In this document: positions 28,841-37,881 of the stretch, in pieces
Layout: the number at the start of each line of letters is the position of its first letter
Numbering within the stretch: position 1 is the stretch's first letter
Virus record (IMG/VR): IMGVR_UViG_3300032135_000005
Location: 29,764-93,763 of that record
Strand: one strand, 5' to 3'
Length of the DNA: 64,000 nucleotides
Source of the DNA: a virus
Taxonomy: Duplodnaviria; Caudoviricetes
Made by a program: the position numbers and the translations under genes
The notes under the pieces: model-generated
Seen by the model: the letters and a program-made list of their open reading frames with translations, nothing else
Databases searched by the model: none
Told to the model about the DNA's origin: nothing

Positions 28841-29281
28841 ATGAAGAAAATAGATGGAACTTATTCAATTAATACTCAAGGAGTAGTGATGAATATTAAA
28901 ACAAATAAAAAACTATCGCATACTATAAGTAATGGATATGTGGTAGTTTCTCTTTATAGAAAAAGTAAGAAATTACATCAATTATTGGCACAATGTTTTA
29001 TACCTAATCCTAATAATTATAAATATATAAACCATAAAGATGGTAATAAATTAAATAATTCTTTAGATAATTTAGAATGGTGTAATTATAGTATGAATTT
29101 AAAACATGCTTGGGATAATAATTTAAGAGTTTGGAATCCTAAGAGTGCTAGAGTAAGTAGATTTAATGATACTGAAAAAACTGAGATTAAATCTTTAAAA
29201 GTTACTAAAACTAATAAAGAAATAGCTCAATTATATAATTGTCATCCTTCTATTATACAAAGAATAACAAGTAATAAATAA
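28841..29281 (+). CDS. Free-standing HNH homing endonuclease with C-terminal HTH
   Basis: LHQLLAQCFIPNP...INHKDGNKLNN.LDNLEWC...N..HA; NKEIAQLYNCHPSII HTH. Confidence 0.88.
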   Translation: MKKIDGTYSINTQGVVMNIKTNKKLSHTISNGYVVVSLYRKSKKLHQLLAQCFIPNPNNYKYINHKDGNKLNNSLDNLEWCNYSMNLKHAWDNNLRVWNPKSARVSRFNDTEKTEIKSLKVTKTNKEIAQLYNCHPSIIQRITSNK

Positions 29282-29283
29282 TT

Positions 29284-29522
29284 AAACTCTTTGAATTGAA
29301 GATAAACAATAATTAAATGAAAGGATGATTGTCTAGAGGCATATTTAATGCGACAATAGGGTTATGAGGATTTTAATTATAAACTGTATCAGCAGTTGTG
29401 TTCCCGTAAGGGTATTAAATATTGTAGATGTATTATAGATATAAGAGACCTAGTTGAATTAACGACTGCAATGGCACATATCATACATAATATCCCATAA
29501 CTGAACTTTGGGCAAAGAGTTT
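29284..29522 (+). ncRNA. Putative structured RNA E (~240 nt)
   Basis: Closing helix AAACTCTTTG/CAAAGAGTTT plus T-tract; inner TTGTC/GACAA, GTTATG(A)GGAT/ATCCCATAAC, GCAGTTG/CGACTGC, CCC-GTAA-GGG. Confidence 0.6.
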
Positions 29523-29720
29523 TTTAAATTAATAATTAAAATCAATAAGAATAATGGGAAAGAAATATGACCCTAATACACGCGAGCAAATATTTGAGCT
29601 CAAAGGAAATCGAACTGTGTTCAAAACACACAATGGCTTCAAATGCCATCTACAAGATAAAAATGATGTTGTTACACCTATTTCACAAGAATACTACACT
29701 AAAGTAAAACGCAGTAAACT

Positions 29721-29906
29721 ATGAAATATCTTAAATACACAGCATTAGTATTAACCTTTATATTTATGATGATACCAGCATATAATAGCTATGATTTAGT
29801 TGTTACCAATGTACATAACTTTATGGACAATTGGTACTACTATGTATTAGCATTAATATGTTATGTTATCTATGTAGTATTAAAGAACAAAAACATTTTT
29901 AAGTAA
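29721..29906 (+). CDS. Small two-TM membrane protein
   Basis: 61 aa with two hydrophobic segments. Confidence 0.55.
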   Translation: MKYLKYTALVLTFIFMMIPAYNSYDLVVTNVHNFMDNWYYYVLALICYVIYVVLKNKNIFK

Positions 29907-30017
29907 GCAAGCGATTAATTAACACGCTGCTCATTGCTTACGAGCACCTAACCTTTTATTGGATCTACTAACAATAACGTTGTTGGAAATCGAACCGGAC
30001 TAATAAAGTTAGGTGCT
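29903..30017 (+). ncRNA. Two adjacent long hairpins (structured element F)
   Basis: GTAAGCAA/TTGCTTAC (29903-29941); AGCACCTAAC..TTTATT/AATAAAGTTAGGTGCT (29943-30017). Confidence 0.5.
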
Positions 30018-30039
30018 TTAATTAAAATCCATAAAACTT

Positions 30040-30693
30040 ATGAAAGAACTAATAAAAGTACATATGTTACCTGACAGTAAACCTAGAAGTGTACTGTGTA
30101 ATAGTAAAACTAAAGAATATAAGTACTCTAAATTAGGTTCTTTAAGCTTAGGACATTTAGATTTTCAACCACAAAACCTATACTTCACATCAGATGAAAA
30201 GATTAAATCAAATGAAGGTAAGATAATGGGGGACTGGTGTTGGAATAGTATTTATAATAAAATATTCCAAATGAATGGAGATGTAACTGCATATGATTTT
30301 AAAATAGTAGCAACTACTGATAAATCATTAATTATACCTTGTAAATGTGGTAATATAAGTCCTTGTGCTTTATATCCAGAACAAATTTGTAATTTTAAAA
30401 AGTATCCACAAATATCCCAACAATTTCAAGAAGAATATTGTAAAGCTGGAGGTATTGATGAGGTTTATTTAGAATATGAACTAAATCCACATATTTATGA
30501 TAGTTCTAAAGATACTAAAACACTTAAACTAGACTTAAACAATTGTGTTATTACTCATCCTGTTGAACTTAAACTTTATACTAAGGAAGAAGTAAATGCT
30601 AAATGTATTGCTTTTGCTGATTTATGTGTGCATAAAGGAATCTTTAGGGAAAAAATAAGAGGAGAGTTTATCAATTGGATTAAAGAAACTTAA
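30040..30693 (+). CDS. Hypothetical protein
   Basis: 217 aa; PQNLYFTSDEKIK...KIVATTDKSL motif. Confidence 0.75.
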   Translation: MKELIKVHMLPDSKPRSVLCNSKTKEYKYSKLGSLSLGHLDFQPQNLYFTSDEKIKSNEGKIMGDWCWNSIYNKIFQMNGDVTAYDFKIVATTDKSLIIPCKCGNISPCALYPEQICNFKKYPQISQQFQEEYCKAGGIDEVYLEYELNPHIYDSSKDTKTLKLDLNNCVITHPVELKLYTKEEVNAKCIAFADLCVHKGIFREKIRGEFINWIKET

Positions 30694-30788
30694 ACTAATA
30701 GATATTATGTCTAAAATAATTAAAGTAATACTCTTGATTATACTATTTATGATAATTCAAGCTGTATTCTTTAGAATTTCTTAAGGCT

Positions 30789-31123
30789 AAACATTGAACC
30801 TTTGTGAAGAGAAGTGAGTCCTCCAAGTATTGAAAAATAGATGGAATAAAGGTTAGCATAATTCACATAAAGATACTAATCCTGAGCACAGGATATTAAC
30901 AGAGAATAGTAGACTCAAACTCTACTCTGCTTTTAGTAAGAACCATAAAGAATTATTTAGTAGTAAATTGCTATTAAAGAGAATCAATGTAAACCAAACA
31001 ATTAAAAGATATAATAATGGAGTAATCCTAGATGTGTTGTTCTCTTGAGAAAGGAATATTGTAATGACAGAGGTACTGTTACAACACAAATGAGTTCTCA
31101 ACATTAACTTGGGTTCAATGTTT
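30789..31123 (+). ncRNA. Putative large multibranch RNA G (~335 nt)
   Basis: 12-bp closing helix AAACATTGAACC/GGTTCAATGTTT; inner TGTGAA/TTCACA, ATCCTG/CAGGAT, TACTAA/TTAGTA, TGTGTTGT/ACAACACA; no + strand ORF. Confidence 0.6.
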
Positions 31124-31140
31124 TTAATATAGTCCAAAAT

Positions 31141-31655
31141 CCTTATGACTTTAAACTGTAACCTACCAGTAATGGTAACAAAAAATTATCTAAGTTAGTA
31201 GATTTTATATCGAAAAACCCCTTAAACCTCTGTATGTAATGTTTATGTGGTATGAACGATAAAGATTGTAATATAAAAGTTACTTAAGAAAGGTAAGTCA
31301 ATGGTTGTTCCTCAATATTAATATTGAAAACTTCAGAAAGGAAAATGACTTACTTTTATATTACAATTAGGAATAGATGCAACTGTATGAGATATGTTGC
31401 TTAGTGAATTAAAAACTCCCACAGACTAGTGGCTGGAGCACAATATAGAAATATATGAAGACACTTATTCACATTATTGGAAGTTCTCAGCAAGTAGTTA
31501 AGATGGTCAGGAAAATATTACGTAAGTAACTATTGATTACTGGTTAAAAAATAAGTATCCACAATAACTACGTGACCCTACTCTTATGACCAAGTTGAAT
31601 TTATTCAACGGTTATTAAAGAAATGAATTGACATATCCATAAGAAAGAGGGTGCT
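31141..31655 (+). ncRNA. Putative structured RNA block H (~510 nt, one or several RNAs)
   Basis: 16-bp perfect helix ATTGTAATATAAAAGT/ACTTTTATATTACAAT (31265-31367); TACCA-GTAA-TGGTA; GCAAC/GTTGC; GTAGTTA/TAACTAC; ACCCT..TCTTATG/CATAAGA..AGGGT. Confidence 0.55.
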
Positions 31656-31825
31656 AATTTAAAATAACTTAAAACCTTTACAAATGATAACCAAATCAAA
31701 AAGAAGACATTTTACACGTCAATTAATTGACACTAGATTAATGAATCTTTTAACTAAAATCTGTACTAATAAGTTAGAAGTTGAAATAAGATACAGACAA
31801 ATGCGTATTGAACCAACATATATTT

Positions 31826-32170
31826 ATGCAGGCTCAAGAGCGTAGAGAAATAATAGAAGTATTTGAAAAACTAATCAAATATATAGAAGAGAACTTAGAT
31901 AATTGCACATATTTATGTCTAATGAAACAGTATATAGGTTCATTTAGAACCTGTGGCTTTAATAGAATGATTATTCTAGCTCACAATTATCTACAGGCAC
32001 AACGACCTACTTCAACTAAGAATAAAAAGCATTATAACTCTTTATCCTTTAGTAGAAATAAACATGCTGAACCTGCTTGGTGGAACTATCAATTACAACC
32101 TGATAGAGTACCAACAAATATGGAAAAAGTAAGATTTTTAAAGCATTTAATACAGAAACTTAAAAGATAA
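31826..32170 (+). CDS. Hypothetical protein
   Basis: ORF track 31808-32170; first ATG at 31826. Confidence 0.55.
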   Translation: MQAQERREIIEVFEKLIKYIEENLDNCTYLCLMKQYIGSFRTCGFNRMIILAHNYLQAQRPTSTKNKKHYNSLSFSRNKHAEPAWWNYQLQPDRVPTNMEKVRFLKHLIQKLKR

Positions 32171-32174
32171 TTAT

Positions 32175-32273
32175 TATCTTTACAGTCATCCTTGTGAGTG
32201 CATCTGGTTAAACTCTCATCTTTTTCATATGCAATTTTCCTCTCTTTGGGCCATGATCTTAAAGGGAGGTTTT
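32175..32273 (+). ncRNA. Candidate ~90-nt small RNA (promoter-like box to terminator)
   Basis: TATCTTTA at 32175-82; ends in CCTCTCTTT/AAAGGGAGG-TTTT hairpin; no ORF. Confidence 0.4.
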
Positions 32274-32369
32274 AACTAAAATTTAATGAATATAAAACTA
32301 CAATATAAGTAAGGGTCTCCTACGGATAATGCCGGGGAGTTTTTACTTTAATCTTAAAACCATAAAGAA

Positions 32370-34784
32370 ATGAGTAAATTTAAAAAAGGTGACAAAGTAA
32401 TGATACGTCCTGATAGTGAATATTATCGAGGACAGAACTTCCGTAAGGGTGAAGTAATTATGCGTACTATTACAAGTATTGCAGATAATACTGGGTTAAA
32501 TCATCATACTGACCATAATGTTTATAATGAAAAGGATTTAGAGTTCTATCGTGACGATGCTAGCTCTACTCGTAAATTTAAAGTAGGAGATGCAATTATA
32601 GGTAATTCCACAGCAACATATAATGTTACTAAAGAAGGATGGATTGGAGTTGTAACTAAACTTCTAACAGATAATATTATTGAGGCTAGAAATTTTACTC
32701 CTAATGATCCTAAAGACTCAAGTTATACATTAAGAGAAGAAGCATTTGATTTACATACAGTAGCTAAATTTAAAAAAGGAAATATTGTAAGAGCTCTTGT
32801 AGATAGTCCACGTGCACTAGCTGCTTTGTGTTCTAAAGGAGATTTACTTAGAGTAGACGATGTATATGGAACTACCAGTTTCTCTTCAGATATGTGTAGA
32901 GGAGAGGCTCATTATTGGAGTGGAATGCACACGGAAGATTTTGAACTTACAAGTTTAACCTCAACTGAACCTGCAGTTAAAAAGCCTGATATATCTTACA
33001 AGTTTGCAGTAGGAGATACTGTTAAAATTGTAGCAAATGGATGGGGTGTAGGAGAGAGAGCTTTAGGTAAAACTACTACAATAACAGAATTAGGTCTTTA
33101 TTGTGGTCCTGGATATAAATGTAGTCTTGGATTTGGTAATTGCGCACATGGTAGTCATGGATTTGTTGGAGAGAAATCTTTTGAACTAATAAGTCCGGAA
33201 TCTATAAAAGAATCATCTTATAAATTTGATATAGGAGATATAGTAAGAATTATAAGGAGTGGACACGGAATAGCCAACAGTGATGAAGGTCAAGAAGTTA
33301 CTATTATAGAGCAGGGTATGTATCAGAATAAAGAACTTGGATACAGAATAGACCCACCATTTGGTAACTCTAAAGATGGTAAATTTAAGTATATGTGTGG
33401 AGAAACTTCATTTGAGTTAGTAAGTCGACCTATAAAGAGTCCAAGTTTTAAAGCAAGAGACATTCTAGAATTTATTCGTAAAGACCCAATTGGTACTTGT
33501 TTTGAAATTGGCGACCACGTTACTTTCCTTAAGTATGAGGGTGATACGGTAAAAGCTAAAGGTATAATGTCTACTTCAGATTGTATTACAACTCAAAATG
33601 CTCGTATTCATCAATTTAAGTTTGTACGTTCAGCTAAAGATGTACCTAAAGCAATTCTCACATCATTTCCAACTGAAGGTTGGTGTCTTAATGCAAATAT
33701 GTCTCTTGGAATATTTTTAAGAGATAAATTTGAAGTAGGTTCTTCTCCTAAACCTTCAGGTTCTAGTGGATATGCTTGGAATTCCCATAGTTATTGGGCT
33801 ATAGCTACATTTTCAGGTAAACCTAAATATGATTGGGAAGATTTAAAACAATTTGTAAAAGCTGCATCAGAACTTAAAATAATTGCATCTAGTTCTAAAT
33901 CAACGCCACTTAAATATAAATTAGATGATAAATTAGTTATTAAGTATAGATTACACGGAAATATGTTTGAAATAGGAACTGTTGTTCAAGTAGTAGAAAT
34001 TAATGCTAAATATATTAACTGTCCTTATAGAGTAGTTAGTGTTAGTTCAGAAGGTGATAGTGATTGGTGGGTTAATGATGATGAAGTTGATTTTTATGGC
34101 GATAAAGTTCCTGATTATCCTCTTAAATATAGTAAAGGAGACAAAGTTGTTATTACAGGAAATACTAATGACCACGGATTTGGAATTGGTGATGTAGTTA
34201 AGATTACATCAGTACATTTACCTAGCAATAGTTATACAGCTCAGAGTGGAAAAGGTACTCATTGGAGTATTAAAGATGCTGAAGTAGAACCTTATTTACA
34301 ACCGGGAGTAGGAATGAGAGAACAGATTACATCAGGAGGAAGAGGTTATGGTAAAACCGCTAAAGCTGCAACGGATGAATATCTTAGAGAACATCCTAGA
34401 GTATCTTCTGATTGTGAGTCTGATGTAAGTAGTTCAACTATTCAAGGTAAATGGCCTGTAGATCCACCAATATATCTTAAAGGAACAGATCCTTATAGAC
34501 CAATGGGAGTATCGGCAGAAGAAGCAACTCGTAGGTCCTGTATGGAATTTGTAGGAATGGGTCAAAGTGCACATTTAGCTCATATGAGAGAACATCCTAT
34601 GATGCCTTCAGATGTATTTAAGATGCATTTTGGAATGTCAGAACGTAATTCTAAATTAGAAGTAAAAGTTAAAGACGATTCTCTAAAGAGTCGTATTGTT
34701 AAAACAAGTCCACTTATCAAGCGTGTGACTAAACTAAAAGGTTTGATTGTCCCTTTAAAATCAATCAAAAGTCGTATTAAATAA
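32370..34784 (+). CDS. Tandem SH3/KOW-like repeat protein (804 aa)
   Basis: About eight modules beginning KFKKGDKV, KFKVGDAI, KFKKGNIV, KFAVGDTV, KFDIGDIV, SFKARDIL, KYKLDDKL, KYSKGDKV. Confidence 0.75.
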   Translation: MSKFKKGDKVMIRPDSEYYRGQNFRKGEVIMRTITSIADNTGLNHHTDHNVYNEKDLEFYRDDASSTRKFKVGDAIIGNSTATYNVTKEGWIGVVTKLLTDNIIEARNFTPNDPKDSSYTLREEAFDLHTVAKFKKGNIVRALVDSPRALAALCSKGDLLRVDDVYGTTSFSSDMCRGEAHYWSGMHTEDFELTSLTSTEPAVKKPDISYKFAVGDTVKIVANGWGVGERALGKTTTITELGLYCGPGYKCSLGFGNCAHGSHGFVGEKSFELISPESIKESSYKFDIGDIVRIIRSGHGIANSDEGQEVTIIEQGMYQNKELGYRIDPPFGNSKDGKFKYMCGETSFELVSRPIKSPSFKARDILEFIRKDPIGTCFEIGDHVTFLKYEGDTVKAKGIMSTSDCITTQNARIHQFKFVRSAKDVPKAILTSFPTEGWCLNANMSLGIFLRDKFEVGSSPKPSGSSGYAWNSHSYWAIATFSGKPKYDWEDLKQFVKAASELKIIASSSKSTPLKYKLDDKLVIKYRLHGNMFEIGTVVQVVEINAKYINCPYRVVSVSSEGDSDWWVNDDEVDFYGDKVPDYPLKYSKGDKVVITGNTNDHGFGIGDVVKITSVHLPSNSYTAQSGKGTHWSIKDAEVEPYLQPGVGMREQITSGGRGYGKTAKAATDEYLREHPRVSSDCESDVSSSTIQGKWPVDPPIYLKGTDPYRPMGVSAEEATRRSCMEFVGMGQSAHLAHMREHPMMPSDVFKMHFGMSERNSKLEVKVKDDSLKSRIVKTSPLIKRVTKLKGLIVPLKSIKSRIK

Positions 34785-34809
34785 TAATTTAAACAAAAAT
34801 CATTAAAAG

Positions 34810-35289
34810 ATGAGTAACGAAAAAAGTACACCAGTAAAAGCAGTAGAAAAAAGTCAATTTTCAATCGTAAATGAAGTTGCAGTAATGTTAAACTTAGGCG
34901 ATTTCGGTAAAGTAGAAGGTTTTATCAGAAAATGCGCTAAAACATTAGAGCGTGAAATTGAAACAGCTAATCGTAGTATTGTGAATGAAAAACACAATCT
35001 TAAATCAGAACTTAGCAAGTTGAAAGAAAGATTAGAAGATGCTCAACAAAGCGTTCAAGAAACTTATACAAACTTAAACCCGGACAATTTGAAAACTAAT
35101 GATGCTCAACGCTCTCATATGGAGTATTACTTAGGTAATATTGATCTTGCTGAAGGGAGAGTTCAAGGTATTGAAAAAGATATCGAAGAGACTAAAAAAG
35201 AATCTGAAGATGTAATCAAATCTTTGAAAGAAGAAATCTCTGTTCGTGAAGCAAGAGTTTCAAGATTGACAAAAGGAGAAACTAAGTAG
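34810..35289 (+). CDS. Coiled-coil protein
   Basis: 159 aa, heptad-rich. Confidence 0.7.
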   Translation: MSNEKSTPVKAVEKSQFSIVNEVAVMLNLGDFGKVEGFIRKCAKTLEREIETANRSIVNEKHNLKSELSKLKERLEDAQQSVQETYTNLNPDNLKTNDAQRSHMEYYLGNIDLAEGRVQGIEKDIEETKKESEDVIKSLKEEISVREARVSRLTKGETK

Positions 35290-35307
35290 TCTAACAGACT
35301 ATTAGGA

Positions 35308-35357
35308 AATAGGTGGGCTATAGGAGTATAAGGGGTTATGCTCCTCCCGCCTATTTT
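35308..35357 (+). terminator. Long GC-rich hairpin (terminator or processing site)
   Basis: AAATAGGTGGG..GGAGTATAA/TTATGCTCC..CCCGCCTATTT then TT. Confidence 0.6.
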
Positions 35358-35383
35358 ATTATTAATTAAAATCTTAAAGAATT

Positions 35384-35671
35384 ATGAGTTTCGCAGAAGA
35401 ATTTGGACACGATATTCCTAATGATGGCTGGGATGGATTTGGTGGTGATGGTGGAGGAAATGGAAAAAGTAGGTACTATTCAAATAGATCTACACCATCA
35501 ATAATGATTCCTTGTGATATTAGTATTGAACACGAAACAGATAAAGCTTATTTAGTTAAATTTATAGATGATTCTAAATCATGGGTACCTAAATCACAAG
35601 TTGTATTATCTGATGATAAAACTATACTATCAATACCTGAATGGTTATTAGAGAAACTAGACACTATTTAA
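35384..35671 (+). CDS. Hypothetical protein
   Basis: 95 aa; HETDKAYL...WVPKSQ...IPEWL motif common in phage proteins. Confidence 0.65.
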   Translation: MSFAEEFGHDIPNDGWDGFGGDGGGNGKSRYYSNRSTPSIMIPCDISIEHETDKAYLVKFIDDSKSWVPKSQVVLSDDKTILSIPEWLLEKLDTI

Positions 35672-35687
35672 TTAAAGCCGTAAAGAA

Positions 35688-35987
35688 ATGAAAAAATCAG
35701 AAGAATTACATCAGCAAGCAGCTGAAGAAGATAATGACATCAAAGCATTTGGTATTCTATGTAAAGCTCTCAGAGAGAAAAGAAGTGAGAAGTTTTCTGA
35801 ATGGTTACCATTATTAGCTCATAGATATGATGTGCTAGAGAGACCTAATGGAAGTTTTTCTATTAGAACAGAAGAATTTGGTATCTTAGATTACTTTCCC
35901 AAAGCTAATAATTTACTTATTAGAAGAGAAAATACTTGGAAAAAGCCGGGATTACGCTGGATTATTAAAAACTTATTAAAATCTTAA
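35688..35987 (+). CDS. Hypothetical protein
   Basis: 99-aa ORF. Confidence 0.6.
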   Translation: MKKSEELHQQAAEEDNDIKAFGILCKALREKRSEKFSEWLPLLAHRYDVLERPNGSFSIRTEEFGILDYFPKANNLLIRRENTWKKPGLRWIIKNLLKS

Positions 35988-36144
35988 AGAATGACATTAA
36001 TCTTATTAAATAAGATACCACATCCTTGTCCACCTCATAATTCACATTGTCAAGATGCAGTAACTAATCTTTCTATTGACAGTTGGATTGGTTTAATGAT
36101 AATAATTGCAGTTATATATGGCTGCGTAATAATTAAGAAAAATT

Positions 36145-36429
36145 ATGAGTATAATAGACAAACTTAAAGGATGCAACGGCACTACACTTTTTATGTCAAA
36201 GTATGACATAGGAAAACCTGAAAAGAAATCTCATAGAGCTGTAGATCAATTTCTAAACAATATTATTCTAAAATTTGGATTAGAAAAAGGAATTAAATTC
36301 ACTCCTAACAATAGACCTGGGTATAAGGGTTCATTCAATCCTTTAGTAGATAATGGATACGAAGTACAGAAACATTTTGATGAATTTAGAACTTGGATGA
36401 ACACTAACTATACTAAACTTATAAAATAA
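36145..36429 (+). CDS. Hypothetical protein
   Basis: 94-aa ORF. Confidence 0.6.
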   Translation: MSIIDKLKGCNGTTLFMSKYDIGKPEKKSHRAVDQFLNNIILKFGLEKGIKFTPNNRPGYKGSFNPLVDNGYEVQKHFDEFRTWMNTNYTKLIK

Positions 36430-36571
36430 ATGGAATTAAAAAAAATAATATTCCGAAAAGGAAAAGCAACATATTTACGTAAGCCGGTAGTTTTACCTGA
36501 AGGACTATGGGCCCTACTTAAAAGTAAAGGAGAAAAAGGATCTATATCTATTAAAGCAAAAGATTTGAAGT

Positions 36572-36931
36572 ATGAAAACAACACAGAAAATTCTGAATAA
36601 GACGCCACATGCAATATACATCCTTAATGAAGATTTAAGTATTCTTAGGGTTTTCCCAAAGAGTAATGGAATGATTAGAGTGCAAGAACTCGTTACAGAC
36701 ATTGGATTTATTGAAGATATACCTATCAGCTCGACTGAATGGGGAGAGACTTCTGAAGTTCCTGTATTTGTAGATGGCACTTATTACATCGTGAGTCAAT
36801 TAGTAAAGAACGCGTTACCTAAGAGAAAAGACTTATTAGTCCCAAAAGGAGCCATAAGAGACGATAAAGGTAATATTATCGGGTGTACCCGCCTAGATAT
36901 AGGGTATGTAAAGAATAAATTCACACCATAA
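36572..36931 (+). CDS. Conserved viral protein with N.TPH motif
   Basis: ILNKTPHAIYI...YYIVSQLV...RKDLLVP...RDDKGNIIGC; function unknown. Confidence 0.65.
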   Translation: MKTTQKILNKTPHAIYILNEDLSILRVFPKSNGMIRVQELVTDIGFIEDIPISSTEWGETSEVPVFVDGTYYIVSQLVKNALPKRKDLLVPKGAIRDDKGNIIGCTRLDIGYVKNKFTP

Positions 36932-36941
36932 AAACCAAAAG

Positions 36942-37271
36942 ATGAAATTAAAAAAAGATTTACTTAAAGAAAATTCAGCTTTAGTTAAACAAACTAATGC
37001 TGACAAAAAGCTTATAACAAAACTTACTAACGAGCCTAAAGAATCTGTTATAACAGAAACTACGTACAATGCTATGAAGCATGAGTATGATAGACAAGTA
37101 GAAGAACTGAAAAGTGATTTTCATTCTGCCGAGAGAGAGTTAGATAGTAATTTTATGGCTTCTAATGCCTATACAAGAGGTAGAACACTACTTTTAGGTA
37201 TGCCTTGGTATGAAAGAATGTTCTTAACTAAAGTTACACTTGCTAAAATACTTCTTCTTGGAGAACTTTAG
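36942..37271 (+). CDS. Hypothetical coiled-coil protein
   Basis: 109-aa ORF. Confidence 0.6.
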   Translation: MKLKKDLLKENSALVKQTNADKKLITKLTNEPKESVITETTYNAMKHEYDRQVEELKSDFHSAERELDSNFMASNAYTRGRTLLLGMPWYERMFLTKVTLAKILLLGEL

Positions 37272-37833
37272 AATTTTAAAAGAAAACCAAACTGACCTTG
37301 TAAAAGGTAAACTTTGGGATATATTTGAGCTTGATTCATTTAAGTTTGAGGCTGGTATTACTATTGAAATACAACCTAAAGAAATATTTGCTATTGTAGA
37401 TAAATTTGAATTTGTTGTAAAAATATCAGAATCTGATTTAACTAGTGAATTAGCTCATTATATATTCCAAAGTTTAGGTGGAAATAAGAAAACTCCTGTT
37501 CAGGAAGTTCTAGCATTTAGCTACGTATTTTTTACTAGTCCTAATTTAAGACTTCCTGAAATATTTAAGAGTTTTACTCATGCAATTCACTTCAATACTT
37601 GTTTATCTTATTTTAAAGAAAACAGTATTAGTGTTCCAACTCAATATCTTACATCTATTTATGAACTAGTTAAGAGTAAAGTTACTTTTGATGCAGTTCT
37701 ATCTCGTCATATTGATACGGCTATGATAAAAATGGGAGATGATGAGTATACTAAATGGCTCGATGAATTACCCGACAAAGTGGAAGATTACATCAAAGGA
37801 GTCAATGCAACAAAAAATATGTTTAAAGATTAA
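37240..37833 (+). CDS. Hypothetical protein (TTG start, exact start uncertain)
   Basis: Long open frame overlapping the upstream stop. Confidence 0.55.
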   Translation: MLKYFFLENFRILKENQTDLVKGKLWDIFELDSFKFEAGITIEIQPKEIFAIVDKFEFVVKISESDLTSELAHYIFQSLGGNKKTPVQEVLAFSYVFFTSPNLRLPEIFKSFTHAIHFNTCLSYFKENSISVPTQYLTSIYELVKSKVTFDAVLSRHIDTAMIKMGDDEYTKWLDELPDKVEDYIKGVNATKNMFKD

Positions 37834-37881
37834 TATAAACCCGCACTTAAAAATAACCGTGCACAAAACCAATGTAATATT

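Larger units (their letters stand above)
28799..29294 (+). repeat. 12-bp direct repeat TAAACTCTTTGA flanking the HNH cassette
   Basis: Copies at 28799-28810 and 29283-29294. Confidence 0.7.

Noticed and set aside
28799-29522. Group I intron carrying the HNH gene
   Set aside because: Flanking ORFs are complete and no interrupted exon is evident; I could not identify P7-type core sequences. An Rfam scan would settle it.
30922-31137. 71-aa minus-strand ORF
   Set aside because: Opposite to local transcription, no recognisable motif, and lies inside the paired RNA block.
26507-32370. CRISPR array or tRNA cluster as the explanation for the gene-poor region
   Set aside because: No equal-length direct repeats with spacers, and no T-loop (GTTCRA) cloverleaf found by eye.
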